A stretch of DNA of 64,000 bases, from positions 8,705 to 72,704 of the forward strand of contig JBAZWO010000003.1 in the NCBI GenBank assembly GCA_041660305.1. Direction: 5' to 3'. Origin of the DNA: Patescibacteria group bacterium. Its GTDB lineage: Bacteria; Patescibacteriota; Patescibacteriia; UBA9570. Of this stretch, positions 18,705 through 27,822 are shown in pieces. Under the pieces are notes generated by a model. That model saw only the letters and a program-made list of their open reading frames with translations, did no database searches and had not been told where the DNA came from. Positions within the stretch are counted from its first letter, which is position 1, and each line of letters opens with the position of its first letter. Made by a program: the position numbers and the translations under genes.

Positions 18705-19039
18705 GATGTAAAAAAATTCTGGTATATAGTAATTTATTTTTTAACTCAGCTAAACAAGGTAATATGTTCAATTTAAATTCTTCTTTGTCTAGCTAATAAA
18801 GTAGTGAAAATAAAAAATACTATAGAAGAATAAATTTTTTTACTCACTGTTTTGCTGTGTGATAGCGTAGGTCAGTGCGTTCATCTATTGTCTAGCGTCA
18901 AAAAAATAGACCCCCACCCCCTCTATAATTTCAGGTAACTATAAACCAACAACATGTGCAAAGGCTAGGTCAAAACTAGTCTTTTGTTGTAGTAATGTTA
19001 TAATTTGTTCAAGATACTCACCCCAATGAAAATTCATAC

Positions 19040-19070
19040 AAAAAAGTCCTGTAGTTGCAGGGCTTTTTTT
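19040..19070. terminator. Bidirectional rho-independent terminator
   Basis: A6-AGTCCTG-TAGTTG-CAGGGCT-T7, immediately 3' of the minus-strand gene that ends at 19078. Confidence 0.6.
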
Positions 19071-19077
19071 GTATTTA

Positions 19078-19626
19078 TTAATCCAAACTCTCACACGCTA
19101 CATCATCATTATCAGAATCCAAACGGTGAATATCTTTACCTACTTCTGCCATACACGTATTGTACACACTTTGAGCCTCAGCTTGAGTAGAAAAATCTGC
19201 ACAGTTATAGGTATCAGAAGAGCAAATAATTGAGTTATTATTTTCAACTGGTACTGGTTGTTCTTCCTCTTCTTCAGTTACGACAATCGGGACTTCGAAT
19301 TGTTTATATTTAGACCATTTACCGCAATTACTCTCTGAGCAAGCTCGTACTTTAAATTTATACGTGCTACCTTGTTCTACTAAAGCGCTAATGTTTAATG
19401 ATGTAGTGGTTGTTTTTTTCCACTTTTTTACCAACTCTACGTCTTGAGTAATCAAACGAACTGTGTAGTAATCAGCATTAGTTACTACATCCCAAGTTAA
19501 CGTTAATGTTTCTCCAGAACCTTCTAATTGCAAGTTAGTTGGTTTGGCTAGTTTGTTAACCGCATAAACACTAGAAGCTATGCTTAATGCAGTTAATACA
19601 GCAAACAATAATAATAGTTTTTTCAT
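19078..19626 (-). CDS. Secreted FN3-like + Excalibur calcium-binding domain protein
   Basis: Signal peptide MKKLLLLFAVLTALSIASSVYA. FN3-like TLTWDVVTNADYYTV...YKFKVRACSESNCGKWSKY. C-terminal Excalibur motif CADF...RLDSDNDDVACE. Confidence 0.7.
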   Translation of the reverse strand: MKKLLLLFAVLTALSIASSVYAVNKLAKPTNLQLEGSGETLTLTWDVVTNADYYTVRLITQDVELVKKWKKTTTTSLNISALVEQGSTYKFKVRACSESNCGKWSKYKQFEVPIVVTEEEEEQPVPVENNNSIICSSDTYNCADFSTQAEAQSVYNTCMAEVGKDIHRLDSDNDDVACESLD

Positions 19627-19679
19627 ATCCTCCCCTTTTTACTTATTAAATATAAATTTAAAAAATTTCTCTAAATACT

Positions 19680-20924
19680 TTAATAAAACTTTTGAGCTTT
19701 AGATACAGCATAACTATACAATGGAATTAATAATAACAATACCATTCCAGCTATTAACCAGGTTAAACTAATAGAATATTGTTTAGCAATCCAACCAAAC
19801 ACAAGTAACCCTATGCCGGCTCCTAATTTACTCATCAGTGAATCAAATGATAACAATGTGGCTCGTTCGCTGCTTGGAATATATTGATTTAAGTAACTTT
19901 TTTGTAGCGGTGCCATTAAACCACGACCTATTTCATAAATAAGAAATCCCGTCACTAACGTAGACACTACCGATGTAGAAGCAATGGTAATAATTGGTAT
20001 AGCTGAGAGCAGTGTAGCAATCACGAATAACCAACGATAAGATATAGTAAGTTTAGTAAAACGTTTGGCCAGATAAGCTCCTAGCATCAAACTTATTGAA
20101 ACACCAGCCCAAACATAACCTAATAACCAAACTTGTTGATTGGTTAATTGTGCTATTCGCGGCGCCCAATACATATTGAGTGGTTGGAAAGCTAAATTAG
20201 CAATAACAGTCGCCAATAGTAACCAAATAACTACCGGGTGCTTAATACCATATTTAATACTTTGCTGTAATACACTACGCATGCGCTTAATACCATTTAC
20301 TAAATGAAACTGAGAATGTTGAACTTGTATCTTTGCTTCAATCATTCCCCAACGAGCTAACGCAAATGTCAGTAGCGCTAATAACGCTCCTATACCAAAT
20401 GGCAAACCAAGTTGAATATTAGCTAATTGAGCTCCAATAAATCCGCCGAGCAATAACGCTAAGCCACTAGCCATACCGCCATGAGAAAATACCAAATCAG
20501 TTTTATTACCATAACCTTGGTGATGTAATTTATCTACCATCCAAGCATCGAGCGCGCCAGATAAACAAGCCATCGAAAAGGCTGTCCAGAGTTCGGCGAA
20601 CATAAACCAGCCAATGTTTGAAGAGAAAAAATAAATACCAAAGCCAATTGGTAAACACATAAAACTTAGTAGCACTGCTTTTTTTCTACCAGCATAATCC
20701 GCATAAGCACCAGTTGGAATTTCAAAGATTACACTACTTAACATAAATACTGTATTTACTAAGTTTACTTGAAATAAATCTAAACCGTGGTGTAAAAGAT
20801 AAAGTGAATAAACCGTAGCCACTAAACCTATTAAAAAATCAGATGAAAACACCAAAACATAATACATGGCTCGTGTATCTTTAGCTCGTATACTTCGATA
20901 AAACTCTAGGCTACGTTTAAACAT
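19680..20924 (-). CDS. MFS transporter
   Basis: About 12 predicted TM helices in 414 aa, with the MFS-like loop GAYADYAGRKKA after TM2. Confidence 0.8.
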   Translation of the reverse strand: MFKRSLEFYRSIRAKDTRAMYYVLVFSSDFLIGLVATVYSLYLLHHGLDLFQVNLVNTVFMLSSVIFEIPTGAYADYAGRKKAVLLSFMCLPIGFGIYFFSSNIGWFMFAELWTAFSMACLSGALDAWMVDKLHHQGYGNKTDLVFSHGGMASGLALLLGGFIGAQLANIQLGLPFGIGALLALLTFALARWGMIEAKIQVQHSQFHLVNGIKRMRSVLQQSIKYGIKHPVVIWLLLATVIANLAFQPLNMYWAPRIAQLTNQQVWLLGYVWAGVSISLMLGAYLAKRFTKLTISYRWLFVIATLLSAIPIITIASTSVVSTLVTGFLIYEIGRGLMAPLQKSYLNQYIPSSERATLLSFDSLMSKLGAGIGLLVFGWIAKQYSISLTWLIAGMVLLLLIPLYSYAVSKAQKFY

Positions 20925-21021
20925 TCACCTAATATAACATCAACTAGTTGCATTATACAATGCTGGCGGCAAAGAAATAATTAACTGTACGTGCTTCCAA
21001 ATATCCGGAAAATGAGGTATC

Positions 21022-21042
21022 AATCCCCGTCGCTCACCCCAA
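21022..21042 (+). repeat. Imperfect direct repeat of the tRNA-His 3' end (putative attR)
   Basis: AATCCCCGTCGCTCACCCCAA here versus AATCCCGTCGCTCACCCAA at 592-610. The shared exact core is CCCGTCGCTCACCC (14 nt), in the same orientation. Confidence 0.55.
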
Positions 21043-21135
21043 GGAAATTTAGACAAAAAAGTCCTTTACTCAAAGGGCTTTTTTGGTTCTAACTCATTGA
21101 CAACGACCGTTTTTTTTGATAGTATTTAGAATTAT

Positions 21136-21726
21136 ATGGGAGAAAAATCTCTATTTAACAGACTGTTTAGAAGAGGTGGGGATCAAACAAAACCTGGAGA
21201 CCGCTTACCTGCCGCTCAACAGAAAGAAGCTGAACCTGTTGAAAGTCGCTTAGAAGTCTTACGTCAAAGCTTGGAAGCTAAAGGTTATTATCTGCAAGAG
21301 ATCCAAGAGAAAACATTAAGTTATGGGTTTTTTACTACTGATCCAGAAGTAGCTGAGTATGGTGCAGAGTTTTCCAAGGCTAGGAGACGACCAGTTGTAA
21401 TGATCGAGTTAGGAGGAAATTCAGATGCACAAGCACTGAGACAACAATTAGATCACATTACACCAGGCACAACTATCATCGTGAAGATGGATATTACCTT
21501 AGAAGAAACGATTGTTGAGCAAGGTAGGCGTAAAGCAACAAGTCAATATACTGATCGCTTAGTGGGAGCACGAATTAGCGACTGTTCAGACGTTGTACGC
21601 GGGCAGCAAATGAGGGGAAATGATAGTACGGTTATACTATTACCTAATGAAAACTTTAACACCGATAGCAAAGAACTAGTAATGAATGTGACAGCAATCA
21701 GGCCAAGCACCATTCAGCCAACCTAA
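21136..21726 (+). CDS. Hypothetical protein
   Basis: 196-aa ORF. Upstream are TTGACA (21097-21102), a 17-nt spacer and TAGTAT (21120-21125), which would give an almost leaderless mRNA. A terminator follows. Confidence 0.4.
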   Translation: MGEKSLFNRLFRRGGDQTKPGDRLPAAQQKEAEPVESRLEVLRQSLEAKGYYLQEIQEKTLSYGFFTTDPEVAEYGAEFSKARRRPVVMIELGGNSDAQALRQQLDHITPGTTIIVKMDITLEETIVEQGRRKATSQYTDRLVGARISDCSDVVRGQQMRGNDSTVILLPNENFNTDSKELVMNVTAIRPSTIQPT

Positions 21727-21783
21727 TACAAAATAGTTCTAACGTCCTCCACTAGACGACCCCAAGAATAATTTAACCAAAAA

Positions 21784-21815
21784 AGTCCTATTTGTTCAGG
21801 ACTTTTTTGTTTTTT
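21784..21815. terminator. Rho-independent terminator (bidirectional)
   Basis: A-run, AGTCCT-ATTTGTTC-AGGACT, then a T-run. Confidence 0.55.
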
Positions 21816-21816
21816 A

Positions 21817-21960
21817 CTAATTCAAACTCTCACATGCTTCACCATCATTATCAGAATCCAAACGGTGAATATCTTTGCCAACTTCTGCTATGCAGGTATC
21901 ATATACTTTTTGTGCTTCGCTTTGAATCGATAAAATCAACAATTTTACTCGCACGCCCAT
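21817..21960 (-). pseudogene. Excalibur-domain gene remnant (duplicate of the 3' end of 19078-19626)
   Basis: Translates to ...SIQSEAQKVYDTCIAEVGKDIHRLDSDNDGEACESLN*. It is homologous at the nucleotide level to 19078-19188, lacks the signal peptide and FN3 part, and overlaps the 3' end of the MBL gene in another frame. Confidence 0.55.
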
Positions 21961-22561
21961 GACTTGGGTAAACTGTTTGAATGTTATACGATTTTAATTT
22001 TTCAATACTGTTTAAATAGTCTTGTTGGCTGTTAATAAACCAGGCAGACTTCTTACCAAAATTAATAAATAAATCTCCTGTTAAACAATCTGTCTTATTT
22101 ACAATCACTGATAGTGAACCTTGAGTATGGCCAGGTGTTGGCAATACCAATCCATCTATGCCAAAAGTAGTTAAATCGGTGTCTTTTTCTATTATTATAT
22201 CGGGGTTCACCGGAGTGATTCTTTTTTTGTAATAAATACTTTTCATTATTTTACTTACCATATGTATTGGTTCGGTTGGTTCATTACTACCCAATCTAAA
22301 ATATGGTTCAGCTACTTTATGAATTAATATTGGAACATGTAATAGAGATTTTATTTCATGAGCATGTTCATAATGATCTAAATGAGCGTGCGTTAAAATA
22401 ATTAAGCTAACATGTTTGGTAGGATAATATTTTTTTAAATAATTAATAATTTTTTTGTAGTGCTTTTTATAACCAGTATCAACAATAATGATTTTTTCAC
22501 CAATTAACAAGTAAGTGTTCAACCAGCCACCAAATGATGTTAATCGTACGATTTTGGTCAT
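21899..22561 (-). CDS. MBL-fold metallo-hydrolase
   Basis: The HxHxDH motif (LTHAHLDHYEH), plus downstream TPGHTQGS and a C-terminal SHG. Confidence 0.8.
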   Translation of the reverse strand: MTKIVRLTSFGGWLNTYLLIGEKIIIVDTGYKKHYKKIINYLKKYYPTKHVSLIILTHAHLDHYEHAHEIKSLLHVPILIHKVAEPYFRLGSNEPTEPIHMVSKIMKSIYYKKRITPVNPDIIIEKDTDLTTFGIDGLVLPTPGHTQGSLSVIVNKTDCLTGDLFINFGKKSAWFINSQQDYLNSIEKLKSYNIQTVYPSHGRASKIVDFIDSKRSTKSI

Positions 22562-22665
22562 GACTATATAAATATTAAAAATCAGCTGAAAACACTAAAA
22601 TATAATACTTCACCTAATATAACATCAATAAGTTACACTATACAATACTAGGCATAAAAATATTA

Positions 22666-23448
22666 TTAGCCTTTATGTATAGGACAACATTTTTGTTCTA
22701 AACGTTGCGCCTCTTCCCAAGCTAATAAAAACGCTTTGTTCTGAGCTTCGGCTAATTCTTGACTTTCAATAATCATGGCAAATTGATCGCACCACGAAAA
22801 AAACGCTACTTTATTGTTGTAAATATTAATTTCTGGAGAAAAGTTGAACGTATCCTGCGGAACCAGTAAAGAGGTGCGATTTTCTGCTTTATCACGTTTA
22901 TGCAGTACTAAGGCCATGGCAGTATTAGGAAAAATAGCATCAATATGAATACCCTTTTTGGCACGACGTTTGTAATAATCAGGAAAAAATCCGGGCAAGG
23001 TTTTTTCTGTATCATCTACTGAAGCATAGGCTTTGATTCCTGTTTTAGCAGTCAGGGTATCTTCATAAGCACTTTGCATTCCCTTCTTGCCTTCAAATAA
23101 TTGCACACGCGGAGTGTTAATGCCACTATTCATCATTGATTTTAATTCTGGTAGCAACTTACGAGCCTGATCGGCCATTTGCGTATACTGCTTAGCCCGA
23201 AATTCCATTAGGCTAATTAACCGCTCGGGCGGTACAGCGGTAAAAGTTTTTTTGTGTTTGCGTTCCGATTGCATCACCAATCCTTTCTCGGCTAATTCAC
23301 GTAAAATAACATACGTCGTAGAACGGTTTAAACGTGTTTCAATAGCAATTTTAGCAGGTAATGTAGCTCCAATTTTAAGCACGGCTAAATATACTAAGGT
23401 TTGTTTAGGCGTTAAGCCAAATTGATATAACAAGTCTTCGGCAATCAT
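22666..23448 (-). CDS. TrmB-family transcriptional regulator (paralog 2)
   Basis: wHTH LTPKQTLVYLAVLKIGATLPAKIAIETRLNRSTTYVILRELAEKGLV and the shared motif FEGKKGMQSAYEDTLTA. I prefer the internal ATG at 23448. Confidence 0.75.
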   Translation of the reverse strand: MIAEDLLYQFGLTPKQTLVYLAVLKIGATLPAKIAIETRLNRSTTYVILRELAEKGLVMQSERKHKKTFTAVPPERLISLMEFRAKQYTQMADQARKLLPELKSMMNSGINTPRVQLFEGKKGMQSAYEDTLTAKTGIKAYASVDDTEKTLPGFFPDYYKRRAKKGIHIDAIFPNTAMALVLHKRDKAENRTSLLVPQDTFNFSPEINIYNNKVAFFSWCDQFAMIIESQELAEAQNKAFLLAWEEAQRLEQKCCPIHKG

Positions 23449-23625
23449 AGTTTTGTTGTTAATAATTATAAACAAAAAAAAGATAGTAGTCAATATTTTG
23501 CTAATTTTAAATAAAATTTAAATACATTTTTTTTATTACTTATTAACAATAAATATTTACTTGCTATATTAACAAGTCTCATAACGAGACTTTGTTCTTT
23601 AAAAATCGAACATGAGGGAGGTATC

Positions 23626-24189
23626 ATGTTGTTGTTTTTGCAGTTGTGGGGTGGAATATTTTTTCTTCTTAATAAAATATTTTTTGCGTTCGCAGAACGC
23701 AGCGTTCGCCCTGCTACAACGAGATGGCGGCTCTGGTCGTGGATAGTGTATTTAATCGGTCTACCGGCCTGGGTGATGATTTTTGCGCTGGAACATAATT
23801 GGATCGCCGCAGCTTTAGAGGCCAGCGGCGCACCAGCGATGATACTCGGTCTGTGGACTGCTTTAGGCAGATCAGACAAACCACCTAAGTGGCTAAACCT
23901 TTTATCGATCGCCGGAATCATGATAGGGATGCTCGGCAGTCTCTACGATTTCGGTGGTGTTACTGCATTTTCGCAATATCTAGAACTAGGCATTGCAACT
24001 GGATATTTTGTAGGAACCTATTTGCTGGCCAAACAAGAATCTGATGGGTATGCATGGTACGTGCTGATGCACGTATCGTGCGGTTGGTTGATGTGGGCGC
24101 AGGGCTATACATGGCTTTGCGCCCAACAAGGGATATCCCTTGTGTTCATAGTTGATGCCTTCCTTGTATCGTCTCGACGACAGAGATAG
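23626..24189 (+). CDS. Integral membrane protein, possibly PnuC-like
   Basis: 6-7 hydrophobic Trp-rich helices. G+C-richer patch. The PnuC assignment is only an impression. Confidence 0.35.
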   Translation: MLLFLQLWGGIFFLLNKIFFAFAERSVRPATTRWRLWSWIVYLIGLPAWVMIFALEHNWIAAALEASGAPAMILGLWTALGRSDKPPKWLNLLSIAGIMIGMLGSLYDFGGVTAFSQYLELGIATGYFVGTYLLAKQESDGYAWYVLMHVSCGWLMWAQGYTWLCAQQGISLVFIVDAFLVSSRRQR

Positions 24190-24289
24190 GACTTCGGTTG
24201 GCAGTTACCCGTTCAAAACTGCCTCTCCATATTAATATTAGATTACACTGCCAAAGCCTTTGCGTTAAAATATAATCAAGCCGTTATTA

Positions 24290-25054
24290 TTAACTTTCCC
24301 TTATTTCTTCAAACTCTAACCGTTGTAGTTGTTTGGTAACTACAACATCTTCTAATGGCTCTGAATAGTGAATCGCCGCTAATTCAGCCTGTTTATTCTG
24401 TTGCACGAATTGCCAATTATTCAAAATATTACGAGAACTAATCGTTTTGCGTACTTCTTTTTTTTGCACTAGCTCTATAACTTCATTTAGATTAACAGTT
24501 AGTTTTTGGCAAATCATCGTAAAATCATAAAAATCACGGTATCGTATCCGATCATTCATAGCACGAATTTTTTCAGCGACAATTTCACGAATATCCATCA
24601 CCCGCACCAATGTGTCTACACCGTAGACATTATGATACTTCAGCTCAAGTGGAGGTAAAACGACATTTTGTAAAAAATCAATTTCCATTTTCATGGAATT
24701 CGGCTGACCAAGCGGACCAGTAAATTGCAAACGCTCAATTTTAATTGTTGCGTTTGAAACATAGTCTTTTTTGACCGATAAAAAATCATAGTCTGTAAAT
24801 ATTGTTTTCACTTCATCTAAAGTAAGTGGTGCGGTATTACTTGAAAAATCTAAATCTTCAGAAAAACGTAACTGTGGTAAATGGGCATGATATAACGCCG
24901 TACCGCCTTTAAAAATCAGCTTATTTCGCAATGGTGAATCGTAAATAATTTTGGATACTAATGCTAAAAAATAATCTTTTTCAGCCACGGCTAAAGGATA
25001 CCGTAAACTAGTACGATTAATTGCTTCAAGTTCTCGACGACCGAGTAATTGCAT
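24290..25054 (-). CDS. AbiEii/AbiGii-family nucleotidyltransferase toxin (pair 1)
   Basis: Motifs FKGGTALYHAHL and RFSEDLDFSS. Confidence 0.8.
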   Translation of the reverse strand: MQLLGRRELEAINRTSLRYPLAVAEKDYFLALVSKIIYDSPLRNKLIFKGGTALYHAHLPQLRFSEDLDFSSNTAPLTLDEVKTIFTDYDFLSVKKDYVSNATIKIERLQFTGPLGQPNSMKMEIDFLQNVVLPPLELKYHNVYGVDTLVRVMDIREIVAEKIRAMNDRIRYRDFYDFTMICQKLTVNLNEVIELVQKKEVRKTISSRNILNNWQFVQQNKQAELAAIHYSEPLEDVVVTKQLQRLEFEEIRES

Positions 25055-25069
25055 AGTTAATAAAAATTA

Positions 25070-25846
25070 CTACTTAAAGTGTTGGTGATAATATAATCTC
25101 CATTTTGCACTAAACACGTTACTATCATTCGTCATTTTACTTACGCTACGATCATTTTGCACTAAAGCATGGAGCTGACTAGTATCATACTGAATTTGAT
25201 CCAATACAAAACCAATCATGCGTTGTACTGTAACAGTCTGCCCATGCAATAATTCGATTAACCGCTGGAAATTAATGTCCGAATAATACTCTCTGCATTT
25301 TTCTTGGACAATATCAATAGTATACAGTGAACGATGAAAATGTAACAAATCTAATAAAGCTTTCTCTGCTGTGGCAATTTTCACTAAGCGATTATCAAGT
25401 TTTTCTTCGATGAACCCATAAAATTGTTCCTGGATAGTATGCACGAAACGATACTGTATATCCTGAACCGTTTTTTCTGTCTCTTTTTTTAATGACACGG
25501 ACTGAATAATTTTTAACATCTGATCAAACATGCCGTGATATTGTAAAGCCGCCTCAAATGAAACGTAAGATTGGGGTACAATAATCTGCGCTACAGTGCA
25601 TGAAGACAACGTGACTGCACCTAAGGATTCCATTGAAGAAATGACATACGTACCTCGTTGCAATCGCACCAACCAGCCTATTGTAGTGAGCTTATTTACC
25701 CAGTTGCGAATGGACTGTCGATTATTGGTATAGTGATTAGCTATTTGAACAATCTGTTTGAACTGAACAACATCACCATGCTTAGCTAATAGGTTTTCTA
25801 GCAAATAATGGTCTTTTTGACTTAAAATGGTATTTTTTATAGTCAT
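25070..25846 (-). CDS. AbiEi-like antitoxin / transcriptional regulator (pair 1)
   Basis: N-terminal wHTH-like region ending in LQRGTYVIS. Located 15 nt upstream of the AbiEii gene. Confidence 0.65.
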   Translation of the reverse strand: MTIKNTILSQKDHYLLENLLAKHGDVVQFKQIVQIANHYTNNRQSIRNWVNKLTTIGWLVRLQRGTYVISSMESLGAVTLSSCTVAQIIVPQSYVSFEAALQYHGMFDQMLKIIQSVSLKKETEKTVQDIQYRFVHTIQEQFYGFIEEKLDNRLVKIATAEKALLDLLHFHRSLYTIDIVQEKCREYYSDINFQRLIELLHGQTVTVQRMIGFVLDQIQYDTSQLHALVQNDRSVSKMTNDSNVFSAKWRLYYHQHFK

Positions 25847-25994
25847 TTAATAACGTATTATGATTATTAACTATGTTTAGTATATACCATAATATAAAAA
25901 AGTCAAACTACCTTCATATCCATTATTCAGGTAAATTGTTTAAATGTAGAACTGTTTTTGTTTACTCACAATAATGTTATACTGAATATATAAG

Positions 25995-27743
25995 ATGGAG
26001 GATAATATTAATATAAAACATATGTTTACTATAAAATGGCTATTTAAGCCTTGTTTGATTAGTTGTCTTTTCTGGTTGTTTTTTTCTAACGCGGCCCAAG
26101 CCAAGTATCAAGATTATACTTATACATATTCTGATACTGACCCAGATACGATGGATTCTAATTATCACTATGATAACTTAGCCATTTCAGCCGATGGTTC
26201 AATCGCAGCAGCTATTGGTGGATTAGATGTAACGGCCGATCAAGATATGGTTGTCTTTAAAGATAATAAAGCCACTCCAGACTGGGGTTATTCAGTTGGT
26301 GAAAATGGATCTATGTTCGATCTAGCATTATCAGCCGATAGCTCAACAATCATGGCTTGTGGTAGTGATATATGGGTATATGATGTTAGTGCAAAAACTT
26401 TACTGTGGAAATATAGCAATAATAATTATGCTTATGATGTTTGCGCTGTATCTAGCGATGGTAATTATTTAGCAGCTGGCGATCGTGGCGGTATGGTAAC
26501 TTTATGGGAGCGTGGCAGTAAAACTCCAGTACGAACTTGGCAATTGGCCGAACCGGGCTATTTTGTGAATAGTGTAACCATGACTAAAGATGGCCAGCAT
26601 ATTTTAGCCAGCACCGATTTTACTACTGCCTACATTGATACACAAAGCGATAAAATGCTTTGGACAAGAAATAGTGCCACAGAAATTATTGCGGCCGGCT
26701 GTAATGCGAGTGATTGCACCTATGGTTATTTACTGCGTGATGATAGCAATTTAGCCAATGGTGGTTATAAATTAACTGGTTTTAAAGTAGACACGGCTAG
26801 CACCTTGTGGCAAAAAGATGTTGCCAGTGATAATACTCCGCGAGTAGCCTTGTCTGGTACAGGCAAACGCCTAGTTTTAACAACTAATACTGGCTATTAC
26901 GGTTATAACATGATTACTGGCCGACAAAAATGGAAATACCTACGCAGCGGTGGAGAAACTGAAGTAGCGCTGTCGGATACCGGAAAATGGATAATTATTA
27001 GTGATGGACATGAATATGTTTATGTGTTTGATTGGGGCTACCCGCATAGTACCCAACGCCCAATTCGAATGATCGCCATGAATTTTCCTGGATCAGTGGC
27101 CATCAGTAGTTATGGTGAAACTATAGTGTATGAACATAACGCTTTTACATTAAAAGATTTGCCGCCAAGTTTATTAGTAAAAACCAGAGGCGTACCAGTG
27201 TATGCCAGAGAATTGCCTGTGAATATGGAATATTTTGTATCTAACCCGGGTGGTAATAAAAATCTTAGAATAAAGACCACTTTGAGTTTGCCACAGGTAG
27301 CTATCTTAAGCGATCTAGAACAAACCGTAGACGGTGAGCCGCAAGGCGTAAAAGGAAAATTATTGGAGTATACCAATGCTACCCTACCTGGCTATGCCGT
27401 TGGTGAAGAAAATCGGGAAGTTGATCAAAACGCACATTCTTCAGAAAAAGTATACGCCAGCTTTACCATGCCAGATTTGCTCATGCCAGATTGGGTAGGC
27501 GATTTATTAGAATTTTTAGGCTTAGATGATTTATTCGATAATATGTTTGGCCAGTTTTCAACACCAATGAATTTATTGCTCAATGCCAAGCTAACTGCTG
27601 AAATGACTGCTAAATCAGACAGCCAAGCCGCAGAAGGCGGGTTGTATCCATTGTTCGGATTAGGAGAAACTCAATTGTATGACGCTTCGACTAATGAAGT
27701 ATATGATATTGATCGATTCTTTTTTATCTACATTGCCTTTTAA
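25995..27743 (+). CDS. Secreted beta-propeller (PQQ/WD40-like repeat) protein
   Basis: Signal peptide. Repeated units of the type ...LWKY/LWTR/LWQK...SADG/SSDG/TKDG. Confidence 0.55.
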   Translation: MEDNINIKHMFTIKWLFKPCLISCLFWLFFSNAAQAKYQDYTYTYSDTDPDTMDSNYHYDNLAISADGSIAAAIGGLDVTADQDMVVFKDNKATPDWGYSVGENGSMFDLALSADSSTIMACGSDIWVYDVSAKTLLWKYSNNNYAYDVCAVSSDGNYLAAGDRGGMVTLWERGSKTPVRTWQLAEPGYFVNSVTMTKDGQHILASTDFTTAYIDTQSDKMLWTRNSATEIIAAGCNASDCTYGYLLRDDSNLANGGYKLTGFKVDTASTLWQKDVASDNTPRVALSGTGKRLVLTTNTGYYGYNMITGRQKWKYLRSGGETEVALSDTGKWIIISDGHEYVYVFDWGYPHSTQRPIRMIAMNFPGSVAISSYGETIVYEHNAFTLKDLPPSLLVKTRGVPVYARELPVNMEYFVSNPGGNKNLRIKTTLSLPQVAILSDLEQTVDGEPQGVKGKLLEYTNATLPGYAVGEENREVDQNAHSSEKVYASFTMPDLLMPDWVGDLLEFLGLDDLFDNMFGQFSTPMNLLLNAKLTAEMTAKSDSQAAEGGLYPLFGLGETQLYDASTNEVYDIDRFFFIYIAF

Positions 27744-27822
27744 AGAAAATGCTTTCACATTCATAACTACTTATTTTCAATAGCGTCATTCTATGTTATA
27801 CTGCGATTGAACATTTTTTTAT

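Larger units (their letters stand above)
592..21042. mobile_element. Putative ~20.4 kb integrative element inserted at tRNA-His
   Basis: Bounded by the tRNA-His 3' end and its partial repeat. The serine recombinase sits at the tRNA-proximal end. The element carries a primase-finger/RecA-like ATPase module and defence-like and compositionally patchy cargo. Confidence 0.5.

Noticed and set aside
23490-23921. 143-aa minus-strand ORF spanning the TrmB/PnuC-like intergenic region
   Set aside because: It is antisense to the better-supported membrane-protein ORF (23626-24189). It runs through AT-rich promoter DNA and has no domain signal. It is also incompatible with the preferred TrmB start at 23448.
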